Positions 11,376 to 24,845 of a stretch of 64,000 bases of DNA are shown one piece after another. Position numbers and translations under genes: made by a program. The notes beneath the pieces were generated by a model. It was not told where the DNA came from. It made no database searches and saw only the letters and a program-made list of their open reading frames with translations. The DNA is taken from positions 28,394 to 92,393 of the forward strand of contig BDGG01000010.1 of NCBI GenBank assembly GCA_001949185.1, read 5' to 3'. The DNA is from Ramazzottius varieornatus. Taxonomy: Eukaryota; Animalia; Tardigrada. Each line of letters begins with the position of its first letter. The first letter of the stretch is position 1.

Positions 11376-13621
11376 CATTATCGAACAGTTGGTAACGTGT
11401 GCGTGGTGTAGACTTCCACACACAGACACCAGGTTCAAACTATGTCACTCGCGCTTTTTGCAGCCCAGCGGTTGCTTCTGTTTGGCGAGACGGTTTTCTT
11501 TTGTTGCTCGGAATCCTTGATTGAATGAAGAGCTCATCTTTGAGTTTTGCTAGTAGGTTACATCACATTACGCACTGTAAATCATCAACGTATGACGTAC
11601 ACCATATCGGTCCTATCTATTTGTTAGCGGAACGTAATCAATTAATCGCCCAATCACTGTGTTTGACGTTCCGGCAAGGACCCCTTTCGCAGTTTATGTA
11701 TGAACGAGAGCGTTAAACTTGGAAAAAATCGAAAAGAAAGGATCAAGACTTAGTACGTAAATTCGCGGGGCGGAACCCCGACGGGTACTGTTGCCGCCGA
11801 GGGAGGCTAAAAGGGAAGAAAACGGGAACTGGGATGATGGCAGCGCGTATCCCAAGTTCCCAACCATTGGATTACTCCCTGTGACTCGGAATGCTATAGC
11901 CTTATCTCCTTCTTTTGTGACCTACTTTCGCTTCTCCTCAGTCACATTCCATTCACAAGCTTATCACCACTAATGCTGTACTGTGCCCTTCACTGGGCAA
12001 AGTTCAGCAGAAGGGTTCAAGCACAGACTTACGAACAAGACCAGCTCCGTAACGACAGCTCGTGCCCAAAAGTCCCATATTAGACCACCTGAAGTGGTTT
12101 GACATGGGATAACATGGGGTATCAAGTCGCATGCAATGTTGTATTAGTAAGCTCTGCGAGCATCACGTAATAGCCTCACACTGTATCGGCGGCAGCAACA
12201 CTGATGAGCTGCTGTACTTTGTGTTGTCGGAGAGTGGGACACACGTTCAAGCGCTTGATTGATTGCGCTCGGCGAATATCGAGGCGGAGCGAATATTCGT
12301 CTATGTCATCGACCATGCCATCAAAACGGAAGAAAACTATAGCGTCAATAGAATCAGAGTTCTTCTCCCGTAAAAAGTCATTCCACAACTTGATTCCCCA
12401 CTGTTCTCGTATCTGTTGGTGTGTGTTCTCCACAGTCTACGACGAGTCCTGATTCAACTCGCATTTTGGCACGCCGTTGTTTTCAGCACGTAAAGTACTG
12501 CAGGTGCAGCTCTACAGTTAACGTAAACTCTAAGTTTGCCAAAACAAATCTTTTGTCAAATCAATGGATACCGTAACCTTGGAACCCAACCAATCGCAAC
12601 AACTACCTCTATGGTTTCGCCGAACAGGAACCGGTCTGTTCTACCGCGAATTCGTCCGTACAGTCCCACACAAAGTGAGTGACGTTAGAGACTTCGTTTT
12701 TGTCGCCGAATAAAGTTCAGTCCGTGCTTCGGCCAAAAGTTATTAAATTATACCCAACGGACTCCGAATCGCCAACTCATCAGAGAAAGCTCGAGCTCCA
12801 GACAGCACGATCCTTTACTCAGGATGATTCCCCGATTTTTTCTGATTTCGTAGTTTTTTCGACGAATTTTTCCATGTTTTTGATGAGTCATGAGTCGTGA
12901 TTTCGGATTTGATCAATCAATTCTGTACTAATCATTAGAAGATGTTGGCGTATTGATTAATACGGAAGTGATAACCTTTTTGATAGTACAACTTGACAGC
13001 ACTGCACGGTCAACATTCAACAGGGTATAATAATGCACTATGCCTGTACGTACAACAGATGAATAATGGTAGACCACTTTCGGTGCCAAGAAATTTCTTT
13101 GATCTTCCCCCACAAGCTCAGGCTTGCCATAGTTTGCCCCAATTTAAGGGCTCTAGAATGCCTTAACAGCTTTCTAAGATGACTCAAGTGGTCTATGATT
13201 CATTCTAAGGCTCTGCTGGAAGGCCGGCCTTTTGGGCGGAGCTCTCGCAATATGATCTTCGTCGCAGACTCGATTTCTTTGCGGCTCGCTCCGCTTGACT
13301 TCTTCTCGATCCTTTCCCGACTGGTTTATTTGCAGGTCTTGCTCAAGAGCTCACAGCAACAGGATCATTCTCGGCGATTGCTCTTCAACTTACATCTTAA
13401 TCTTAACATGGATAGGGTAACGTGTCTATCTTTTCCATCGACAAGGTCTGTGCAGCGGCTGGTCATTATTTCCGAGCTTCCTCTGGCGTGTCCTAACTGC
13501 TTTCTGATGCCACCTTTTCAGAATCTAGACTACATTTCATCTCCTCAAACTGTCAAGCAAGTCAGCAGCCGACGAACGAAAAAGATTCCCCATCTCAGCG
13601 CGGACAGGAGACTATTTTGCC

Positions 13622-15613
13622 ATGTGGCGTCCCCCTGTACCCCCGTATCAGGGCTTCCCTCCGGGTTACTACCATCAAGCTCCTCCGCCCCCAGCCAACA
13701 ATGTGGACCTCGCATCCGCCGCCGAACAGTGGGCTATGATGCAAGCCGTAAACCAGCAGGCTCAGAATGAACAGCAGTACGCATACCCTCCTCAGCCGCA
13801 ATTCCAACAACAGCAACACCAATTCGCTCCACCATCTTCGTACCCGCAGTCAGTCCAGCAACCTCCATGGCCTCCTCACGCTTCACAAGGCTTACTTCCA
13901 CCTCCTTCCATGCCTCAGTACCAGCAGCATCCTCCTCAAGATCCTTACGCTGATCCGTTGGAACGTCGGACCACTGGTCTTCTCGGGCATGCGCCACAAC
14001 CAACTGAATTCGACCATCACGGGCCCGGGGTACAACCTGGGCCACCACATGGGTTTCAGGCACAGCCTGCTTATGCCCCGCCTGTAGCCCCACAAGCGCA
14101 TCAGGCCCCGCCCGGACAGTTCCAAGCGCAGTTTGCTCCGCCTGGACTGCCATCTGGTGTTCATCCACATTTTCAGCAGCCGTACGAAGCTCCAACGGCA
14201 CTTCCTCCCCGTCCACCTCTTCCAGGTACCATACTGACATTTTTTTCCACAGGAAGAAACTTTAGAAGACCTTAATGATGTCTTTTAGTGGATCCGAGTC
14301 TGACTAGTGGGAATAGCTTTCAGCCGTATGCTGCTTCTGATAGCAGCGCTTACCATGATGCTTCTGCTGGTTACCCCTACCAGTACGATTACTCCAACAT
14401 GGCATACCATCCGGGTTTCGACTTCGAAAGCGTCGCACAGTCACATAACGCAGAAGCTATTAAGAAGCTTCCACCCTGGCTTCGCGAAGGACTTGAGAAG
14501 CTCGAGCGCGAGAAGCAGAAGGAGCGCGAGAAGCAACGCTTCGTGCAAGAGTACGAAGCCAAGATCAAGGAAGAGTCCACCACATTAGGGGAAAAGTCAG
14601 GCAAGACCTCGAAGTTCGACAGCTCACCCAGTCGTAGTCGTTCAAACAGCCCCGTGGTCATGAAAGTAGAGTCGGAAGAAGAGTCAGAGGAGGAAGAGGA
14701 GACGTGGAGTGACGAGATACGACGCTTGACGTTGATTCAAGCGACAAAAGACATTGTGACTTCCGTCTTGATGAATGCTACTACTAGAGTTTTGGAAAAG
14801 ACCTGTACAGCAGAGATCGAAGCTCGTAAGACAGAACTGAACAAGAGTTCGATCAGTTCGGGGAAGACTGGTGGTTTAGCTGCCTTTCTCAACTTCACCG
14901 GAAGTGATTCGGAGGAAGATGGTGAGGATGATCAGCCTCCTCCGCCACCCAAAGGTGCCATCAAAGGAGCTTCCACGGCTCAGAAGTCTATCGATACCCC
15001 TGCGTATGGTGGAATAAAGCTGAGTGTAGAGAGCTCGCCTTCTCCTTCACCAGAACCTGAGAAGAAAGAAGTGAAGTCAACTCGGTGGGAAGGAAGCAGC
15101 GAACGACCATTGAATGTCAAGAGAAACGAAAGTGAACAGAGCAACAGTAAAGCCCGTGGCGAAAACGGATCCACTTTCGGTTCGCAAGGGGGCCGGGTCA
15201 GTAACTCGACGTCACAACGGCGAGAATCGAAGAGAAGCAGTTCGTCTTCCTCGTCGAACTCAAGCTCTGGCAGAAACAAGACATCAAGGAGAAACAGGAG
15301 TCCTGAGCCTATACCGGAGAAGAAGCGGGTGTCGAGGTGGAACAGAAGTCCCGAGGAAGGTCGAAGAAAAGATGAAGACAGGAAGGAAAGCTCAAGACGC
15401 GAAGAGAAGCGTCCACAGCGCGAACGAAGTCGCGAACGCTCGATGGATCGTAGGGATGAAAGACCGTCGTTGAAGAGATCTGACTCGACGAGGTCGGGGA
15501 AATCTACAGTCAGCTCGTCATCCAAGACGTCAAGGAGGGAGGAACGAAGGAGAAGTGACTCGCGGTCGGATGAAGACGTGTCCAGACGGAAGCGCAGTCA
15601 AAGGTATTCTTGA
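13622..15613 (+). CDS. PNISR: Arginine/serine-rich protein PNISR (SFRS18), 2 coding exons (13622-14225, 14289-15613)
   Basis: P/Q-rich N-terminus with VDLASAAEQW, the motif LPPWLREGLEKLEREKQK and an RS-rich C-terminus. A 63-nt phase-1 intron joins the two ORFs in frame. Confidence 0.88.
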
Positions 15614-15931
15614 TCGATGCGTGCAGGCTTCTGTCATTTTGTACTACCATCAACGAAGGTAAACAACATTCATTTATCTCAAAATGTATTCACTGTAACT
15701 ATACTAGAGAAAATATGAAGTGCGGAGAGTCAACCGAGGAATCAGAATAAGAATTAACAGACCGCCAAATTTGAGGCTTTGTTCAATCAATCAATCGACG
15801 ATATCAAAATACAGTTGAACAGAAAGAACCGACGGAACGTTTTTGGTTCGACGCCGTCGTCGACGTCATAGCAGAAACTGACCATTAAGTTGACTGTTGA
15901 CTGATGCCGGAAGTAACCGTTGTTTCGCTTT

Positions 15932-16108
15932 TCAGCCTCCGGTTGCTGCCTTCTTGTTGGCCATCTTGGCTGCCGTTGCAGCGGGTTTTGGAATCTTCAC
16001 TCCGAACCATTCGTTCATGAGTCCTAGCCAGCCGTCTTTCTTGTACTTTCGGTACCCGATGTAGGTGATGAAGCCGAGAGCTCCAAGAAGTGCCAGCGAA
16101 GTCAGCAT
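15932..16108 (-). CDS. Small single-pass membrane protein (58 aa), hypothetical
   Basis: MLTSLALLGALGFITYIGY followed by basic RKYKK, an amphipathic segment and an Ala/Lys-rich tail. The start is uncertain. Confidence 0.5.
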   Translation of the reverse strand: MLTSLALLGALGFITYIGYRKYKKDGWLGLMNEWFGVKIPKPAATAAKMANKKAATGG

Positions 16109-16669
16109 CGCGTTGATCGAACTTCCAAAAGTGTTGTTTTTCCTCTTCCAAACTAATCTTATCCACTGCTCTGTTGTTGTTTCGTGTTTCCTCAAATTGC
16201 CTTCAGATGCTGTATCAGATTTGGTTCAAGTGTTGACACGATAACAAGACGGTACTTGCTATTTTTCAAGTGAGCATGACTGTGAGAGAAAACTCATCGA
16301 CGCTCTTGAGATTCCTCATCACGACTCTTCGTGTGGGCACTTTGTCTCCTGGCAAAGTGACGGAAGTTCAAGGTTGCTGCCTCAATGACAAACATTGACA
16401 ACAAAGTGTCTCATGTTTATATTATTCCACGATGCGCTCTGATAGAGGTCATACCCTCAGAGCGGCAAATAAATTGCGAAAAAAGTACAAACTAAATTTA
16501 TCAAAGCAACAATAGCAGCAGTATTGTGATCGAAGACCCAATATTGACAAATTGAATCCACCCAAGAGAGATGCCAGTGTCTAAATTGGTTCATAAAATC
16601 ACCGTCGCGGTAAGGTCTAGGTCGTAAAAAATTCCCATAAATTTCAAGATTGTCATTCTTCCCGATGCG

Positions 16670-19600
16670 TTACGCTGAGATATCACTGTAGAAGCCTTCT
16701 TCGACTGAAGAAGCTCGAACTTTCGTCACTTCCGGTTGCGACGATGTCGAACCGTTACAGCTCAGTGGAAAATCACCCCGATCTTCCTTCGTTTCTCCAT
16801 TTGTGTCTCCACCGTCGAAGAGACCTTTCAGTCGGAGGAAGTTTTTTCGGTGTCGCTGGTAAGCTTCCGACCACGGGTCTTGAGCGTTTTTGTTTTCATC
16901 TGGCGAAGGAACCACAGATTCATGAGCAGTCTTTGGCAAGTCTTCCATTTCCATCATGCTGAACCTTTTCTTCTGGTATCGTGGAACTATTTTTGGAGTT
17001 AACTTGATTTTGCTTGATATTATCGGAATGTCGGAAGGGTCTTCGAGCACGGAAGATCTGCGATTTGAACGAGGAAAAATCGATGAGGAAGTAGGGACAG
17101 GTTTTACAGGCTGCGGCACTGTGGTTGATTTAGTGAGCGGAGGTTCGTTCGTGAGCTTGATGTGACTTGATTGGTCGATAGAACTAGAGCGGAGCAGTTG
17201 ACCAACGTCCATACTGCGTGCTCGAACCTTGCGCAGCTCTTTCTGCGCATTCACGGCGGAAGTTGACTGATTCGCGCGGCGCAGTTCGACCGTGCTTTGT
17301 GGTTGTGAAACACGGCGAACTTTGACCGTAGGCTCTACGAGTTGCGCATTTTGTATGCTGGTGCGTGATGGAGAGGTCTTTTTTTGGCCGGTAGAGTTCT
17401 TTGTTGTTGAAGAATGTGTCGGAGGCTTATGCGCAATTTCGGAGGGAGTTGTGGCTGTGTTGGCGCCAGTGGGGCATTGGGCACTGCAATAAAAGAACCG
17501 GAGTTGATATATTCCATACAAGACTCCGAAAGAACGGTGGGACCAGGTCGAAGACAGACTTGGGTTTGATGAAAGTTTTACGGCACACTCACCGGTTGAA
17601 CACGACCTGCAAAGGCGTCAAATCGATCTTTGCTTTGCGAGTTACGGCTGTTGTCGAACCCTGTTGTGTGGTCGTTGTCGAGGTGCTGAGCGCGGGTGGA
17701 ATACGAGGCGCCTCATTACAGCAGCCTCTTCGTCGACACGGATCGTGTTTTTCTGCAACGACAAGCAATCAATACAAACTGCAATACAACCTCGAATGTG
17801 GAAAACTCGTAGACAGTAGGCGAAAGTCGTCCAATATTGGAGAAGCACCGAATAGGGACGTTAGTGATATACAGTAACCGTAGCATGGTTCAGAATAAAA
17901 ATTAAGTTTCGATCTTCGTCGGATTTGCTTTTGGGAACTTTTTTTTCAAAACACATCTTTCTCACATTCCCGTCAGACACAGTAGTTTCTCATAGCGCAG
18001 CCGTTCACCAGTCCGGGAAACTGATCAGACAATCATGTATGCAAACTGTTTCGCTGCGACGCTGACTGCGAGACAGGTACACTAAAAAGACGTTTCGAAG
18101 TGTCAAGTAAACAAAAAGCGCATGCGTACCCAGAAAATGGTCTAGCGTGTCCCAGCCTCCACCGACGCGTACCATAACATGATTTCGTAAAATCTGGAAA
18201 CAACATACGGTATGGTCTCATGGCTAAAAAGTTTCGAGAGCACAGTTTTGAAGAGAGGATCAGGCCTTACGCGGACGTAAATTTGCAAGTGGGATGTTCC
18301 GACGCGATATTTCCCAGGAGCGATTTTAATGAGCGGGAAGGGCGACTGGCACTGGCAGACCTTGACATGCTCCTTCACCTGTGAAATTATACCGGAACAT
18401 GATTAGACTTCTGCGGTAGTCTATAATTATCAAGTTGACCGACGGTCTTCCTGCTTATTGTACCACACGATTTACGACACGCCTTGTTTGACCATAACGA
18501 TGGTCATAAACGAAAACAAACATTAGTTTTTATTTTTAGTTACGGTTAAAGTTGACGCTTGTTACGGCGTCGGGGGGTGATTTGGTGTTTTATGAAGGCC
18601 GGTTAGGTGAGATAATGTTGGCGCTGATGGGTTGTCGGCTTTATTGCTTGGTAAATAGTGGCGTTATCATATTGCACTACTGGCCTGCACAAATTGATTC
18701 TGCGATATCAACGACGTCTCCTCACGTTCTAAACTGTGCTATACGGGCCACGGCGGATATTGAAACGGCGAACCACCTCCTCGACCTAACCTTTGCCCTC
18801 GAGCTCCAAACTTAACATTAAGACCGAGCAGGTTTCCCCCCGTTGTGTCAAATGAGCTGATTTTCCTGCAACACAGTAGACTACGGCTACCAAATTCCAC
18901 AAACGACACGAATGCTGAAATTCTACCTGAATATGGAGAAAAGAGCTGAGATCGAGGTACATAAAGTGAAAACAAACTTAATGTGAAAACTGTGGGAACT
19001 AATCTTCAGTTATGTCAGATAAATCTGTCGAGGTTATTGATTTTTCATCAGATTATCTCCGCCCAAAAAGAATATCGTGGTTTATGCGATGTGAAATCTG
19101 CCTTCTTGAGAAAGAAATATGCCGACGAAATAAAAATAGACCAAAAGTCATAATCCATCTTGTTTATTTGACGTTCGTCAGTGGCAATGGCGCGTAAAGG
19201 TGTTCGACGTTAGGTGAAGGCCTCAATGTTGTGCCGGACGTTTTCAAGCAGCTGACGAGACTTAATCAAAATCAACGTCAGCAGCAACCGTCCATCTGAC
19301 ACTTTTCAGGCGGTAATCAAAAGCAAACAATAGCTGCTCGTCTGTAACACAGACGAAAATAAAAACAGCAGACGTTAACGGTATTATCGACGCCGTATCT
19401 CAGGACGGAAGTACTCGCCGATGGGCGGTCAAAAACTCAATAGGATTACATCAAAATCAGCAGTCACGCAGGCAATTAATCCCTCGGCTACCATAATCCC
19501 CTCGCTTACACTGACTTGCGGACTGACGCTCGCTATCTACTAAACCTAAAACAACCATCTCATACACGAAGAAAATCAGAAAGTGAAGAACCCATTGGGA

Positions 19601-21022
19601 ATTTAGATTTTCATTATTTTGTCGGTCGCTTCTGTGTCACTATCATAGTTTAGTCGTGGAAAATGGTCTCGGTTTCCACTTCTCTGCCGCACCTCTTTCG
19701 TGAGAACGTTCGTTCCACAATATGAAACGGATTGTTGAGTAGAGCAAAATTTCCGTTAGACCAAACTATATTTTGTAAATTCTTTAGAGCAAGTAAACTA
19801 CTCAAAGCGAGGAACAGAAGACCCCGAAGGTTCTCCGTTGGTGATTTGTGCTCGTTTGAGTCGGGAGAATCCTAACTGCAGTACTGACATAACCCACAAA
19901 CTGGCTCGAGCTCGTTCTGTGGGTTTGTTGTTTTAGTTCCTCCACATTCCTTTTACTAGTACGATCCCGTCAAACGTCATTCAGGACTACGAGTTCCCAA
20001 TAACTAGATTAGACTCTTCCACAGTCGAAATCTGGGTACTCACCACTTGATCGACATTTTTCAGGGATGCCATTGCATGTTGGGGAGAGCCGGCAGAGTG
20101 GGCCCCGGAGGAGGCCGAGTCCGTTGACATGCTGCAGCTGGCCACCTCGTCTCCTTCTCCGTCAACGTCGACGGCGCTGTCACAGCTCCCGCTCCTGCCG
20201 CTATCTGGACTTGCGCTGGCTCTCCAACCCAATCTGTCAGCACAGCCACTACTCGCCAGGCGTAGCTCATCCTCATCGATCTCACGCTCAAACTGAATCA
20301 AAGTCGGCACTACTAGACCCAGTTTGGCCGCCATCCTCCCGAGCTCCATCATGCACAGCAAAACGTTCCTGCTGACAAAAACCGTTGTTACAAGTATAAA
20401 TTCGGCGTTTCGGAAACAACCAAATTGCAACCAATTGCAATTCAAATCAGATTTTGACCGAATTGCAATTTGGTCAAAATCTGATTTGCAGTTTTGGAAA
20501 GAAAGTCATAGAAAAAGGTGGCATATGAAGTTTGTTCTCTTCCGAAATGAAGAACATCACTTAATATACAAAATTCAATTCTCGAACTTTAAAAACATTT
20601 TTCGGGGCTTTTCAAGGATGCACGTACTTTTCATTTTTGCGTAGGACGAGATCATCGGTTTCGAACAGCAGGCATTCGCGCATCTTCATCGACCTGCACC
20701 ACTTCAAGCAGTTGCAGATGTTATCCCTTGCTTGAAAAGTTCTCGGCTGGACATTGTGTCGGCATACAATAGGCACTCTCGTGGACGAGGAAGGAGCGAG
20801 AAGGTCAGGATAGCGCGTAGAGGCCGACGTCTCCCGCAGACGAGCAATTAAGTCATTGATTAGCTTGCCTAACAGCACTCCATTCTCCAAATACTCAAAG
20901 AATGAGTCGGCGGCGATGCCGCAATCGGGATAAAGGGTGGCGATCCATTCAGCCAAGTCTTCTCGCACGGCTACAAGGTACTCTTCCGTGCTGGAATAGG
21001 GCCGGAATGAACGGTCGGCCAT
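16670..21022 (-). CDS. GAS2-like actin-microtubule crosslinker (CH and GAR domains), multi-exon
   Basis: CH domain ([34 protein letters not shown]|[11 protein letters not shown]), GAR domain ([27 protein letters not shown]|EKHDPCR) and an S/T/P-rich tail. Confidence 0.9.
20443..20488. repeat. Perfect 17-bp inverted repeat in a GAS2-like intron
   Basis: CAAATCAGATTTTGACC-12 nt-GGTCAAAATCTGATTTG, next to AATTGCAA repeats. Confidence 0.8.
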
Positions 21023-22632
21023 TGCAACTACAGCTTCCGCTTCCGTTGGTCGAAGTGACGACTTACGTACTTGACCTACAGTTAGAATTAACCTCATAAT
21101 GATACCCGATATGGTGGTAAACAAGAGTAATTATCTTCGTCAGAGATATCTTTCAAAGAAACGCGTCGAGCAGAAAATGCGAAACTTTGTTGCTCGAGTG
21201 ACGGATATCTAAAAGTGAGTTCGACACATTCGGGCTCTTGATCTCTAATTTTGAAGTTATATCAAGAAACCTTGTAGCAAATCAGCGTGTAAGATGGGTG
21301 ATTTTTCTTCATTCTGTAGTATGAACTTTCGGATTCGGCCTGATTTCAGTCGGCAAGTGTATGAGTCGAGAAAGAGAAGTTCAGTTCTTTTCCGAAAACT
21401 GCGTTTGGTCGACTACGCGTTCAACGAGAAATCAGAATGCCTAGAATTAAGACTTACATTTCTGAGATTCCCACGAAGTTATGGAAAGGCGATAATCTGG
21501 AAAATATTGACTGCGCGCCGATCAGCCTAGAAATCACGACTGTAAATATGCATAATCAAAAAGAGGAGAGAAGCATTCCGTGTCTACTGGCATTCATGAA
21601 TAATTCCATCGTCTGAATATTGATAGACTATCCACAGAGGCGCACTCGCAGCTACAAGAGACAACAGGGTCGATGAACATTTCCCAGCAGATGATCTGTT
21701 ACATGTCAGCAAGTAACCAACTTTGAACCAGGACGGAAATTGGATCTCCCCTCGATGAATCCGCATCAGCACACGTTGGAGTTTATCTCTCAAGATATTC
21801 AGGACTTTCTGGTTGTCAACGATGCCTCGCGTCAACGCCAAACATGAGCCGGTGCAACGAGGCCCATAAAGCCTCGATAAAGTACCCAGTTGATGTGGCG
21901 CGGCTTTCTGTTCCCTGTGTGCTTGTCGAGAGTCAACTGTAAAATTGGCCGAACATCAAAGGAATCAATGGGCAGAGTATAAAGTTTGAAGAGTCAGCGG
22001 CAGACACACTTGATACTCGATAGATTGTGATCAGCCAGTACGACATACCGGATTTCAACTGAGCGGTTGACGACTATTATACAGTCAGCTGTAAAGATCT
22101 AACGAAACAGAAAAACGAGCGGCTATCGGTTCTGATTGGATAGGCATGTTTTAAGCCACACCCTCGCATTCACGACTCTATTGTTTCACAGTTTTTCCGA
22201 CCTTGGTCATTCTTGATTTTTTTTAATCAAATCAGATATTCGTATTAAAGGGTCTACGCTTCTAACGGCGGAGTTTGATTCAGGATCTTCAGTAAACTGA
22301 ATCGGTTTACGGAATGTGTCCTATGGACTACTGCAGTGGAAACTGTGCTGCTGAAAGTCTGATCAGCTCCAGCTCGGATGATCCGTACACGTACTGCAGA
22401 CGACAAGACAGAGCAAAGAGTCAATCAAAAGCGGATTACACATATCCGCCACGGATATCCGCGCCATGCTGCAAATCATGTGGAAATATCAGCAGGCAGC
22501 CGCACTCTGATACATCAGCCGGAAACATTATAGCCCTAAATGGAAAAGTTAATGATTTCGGCCCCAGACACTATCATTACGCAAAATCTCCAGACGATAA
22601 TTGCGCCTTGCTAAGCAAATCCAGCAAATATA

Positions 22633-24308
22633 TTATTCTGGAATATTTTTTCCTTTGGAGTTCTCGTTGATGACACCACATTTCTTCAAGCAAAGAATCT
22701 GTCCTTCTCCACCAAACGCAGCGAACGCAGTAGCCTGAAATACGTAACAAAGCGATCAAAAGGTAAACCATCGGAGACCCCCTCCGAGTTTCTCACAGCG
22801 TCTTTCTCAGCGTTTTCCTTGTCGACCATACTTTTCCTCACGCTTCTTCGAAAGGTAAGTTTCCCGGGCCTCCAGTTGTAGTTGGGTATACCGCGAACAT
22901 CTAAAGTGGCGACATCTACACGCTTGTCCACGGGCAGCTGTTCGGTGTTAGGAGCACTTGCACCAGTGCTGTGAGGTCCCACAGAACTCCGCTTCTTTTT
23001 AGTACTTCCGCCCAACCGCTGTCCCCCGCTTTCAAATGCCTGTCAAATACGCGCAGTTTTCGCGTACAAGTGAATAGCATTGCAGTAGTTCCTTGACGGC
23101 TGTGGTGAATTCGAATAGGATTCAACTTACCGTAAAGCTCGGCGCACCGGGAACTTCTTTCGGGTCGATCAAAATGGGCTAAAGAATGAACAAAAAGTGT
23201 ACAGTGGATCTTAAAACTATTTGTGTATCTGTTTCTGAAAACGGGGGCAGTTCGATTCACTTCGTCTTCAACGTTGTTTTGTTTGACGACCTGTTCGGGT
23301 TCCTTGTAATCGACCGGTGCAGCAAAGTCAACCTGCATGTCGCACTCAATCACGGAAACTGCTGTAACCGGCTTTGTTTCCAGCACCGAAATTTCGTAAG
23401 TCTACTGCAAAATAATCAGCGTCAGGACGTGTTCTGATAAACATGAATAGCGGGTACGCTGAGCGAAGTACTGTATATGTACCCACCTTTGAGTTATACT
23501 CTACGCCAATGATGTCGCCAGTGGTCAGACAAGCATACCCTCGCAGTCCTCTTTCCAACCTGTGGTCGAGAAGGGAGAAATGTTGACCAAAACGCGATCG
23601 ACCACAAGATCGGTGAACTCGAGGACATACACTGCACGATGGTCCGTAAACTCGAGGAATTCTGAGGTGACCGGCTGAAACTTAGCATAACTCGCTATTG
23701 GCAAGGATATATTCTGAATGGTCAACACTTCACCATCTTTAATCTGCATGTTTTTCATCATCTGAAATCGAGAAAAAAGCTGAACTCAGCAAAGGATTTT
23801 GATGACGGAGCGGGAATTCGTACCCATGTGGGAAGGTAAGCGTTGCCTTCCTCGGCGATAAACTCAAGCACGCCGCAATGGGATCCTTTCCTGGTGATCT
23901 TGTTGGTCAGTTTGAAGAGCATGGGATACTCAACGTCCATCCGGTTCAGCGCCTCGAGCGCGGAGGGTGGGAGGATGATCTTGCCACCGACCTCAATATC
24001 TTGAACACTGGTCCGGGTAGTCAGCGCAGGTGCACCGAAGCACTTGTAGTCGCGCCGAACGACTGCGCGCGTGGTGCTTGGTCCCAAGGCGTTTGCGCCG
24101 AACGGAAAATCCAAGAAGGAAAACTGGAAAAATATGATCGACATTTGATGCTAATCGGGAGCGCTAGGCTTTACTCCGAATAGGGGTGTGTGCAAGTCCT
24201 TGATTAATACGGAGTACAGAGCTTACACTTATAGCTCCTGTGCGTAAGGTGCTTCACCTAAGTTAAAGTGCCAGAAGGCTGGTCAAAGTCTGATACCCGA
24301 GTTACCAT
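22633..24308 (-). CDS. UFD1: Ubiquitin recognition factor in ER-associated degradation 1
   Basis: [55 protein letters not shown] and two SHP-like boxes ([16 protein letters not shown]). The first coding exon appears to be ATG only (24308-24306, then GTAAC). Confidence 0.93.
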
Positions 24309-24845
24309 TTCTTCGTCTTTCACGTCTCGTGAGTAATACAGGTCGGCCCGGCCGTATTGTTTCGTCAGGCGGTAATAAATAGCAAGCGAGGTTTGAAGCT
24401 AAGTTGATGCGATGGCTTGAGCTTATTCACTACAGAGCACCTGGTTCTTCCGTAAGAGCAACCAGGCCCCGGGTGGAGAGACTGCATCTGAGCCATGACA
24501 ACTAAGCGATGTTTCATCTACGGACAACTTTCGCCTTCTTCGGCAAGCAGCTGTTACTCTTTTGTGAAATCTGGGACGGCCATAGTTTTTGCTGCACTTT
24601 GCGTCAACTTGGACATTCCAGAAAGTCGAGATCAGCTCGTGATCAATCCCGCCACCAGGCCAGATTACCTGATACGCTCTCTGATCCCCGGTATGTACGA
24701 TCCACCGGACAGTCGTACACGTGAATCAATCCCGGGTAGTGAGAACGCGGCAAACCGGCTAATCGACGATGAGCTGTCAATCAGTCGAAAGGGGTGCAGA
24801 ATCAGGTCATCAGTGGCACGCTAGCATGACCGTGTGTGGTATATA

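Noticed and set aside
11760-12450. Possible coding remnant between SMC5 and PNISR (85-aa ORF)
   Set aside because: No recognisable motif or consistent splice structure.
13734-15525. Long antisense ORFs over PNISR, and likewise over the 4351-4686 gene
   Set aside because: Shadow frames of low-complexity, codon-biased coding sequence.
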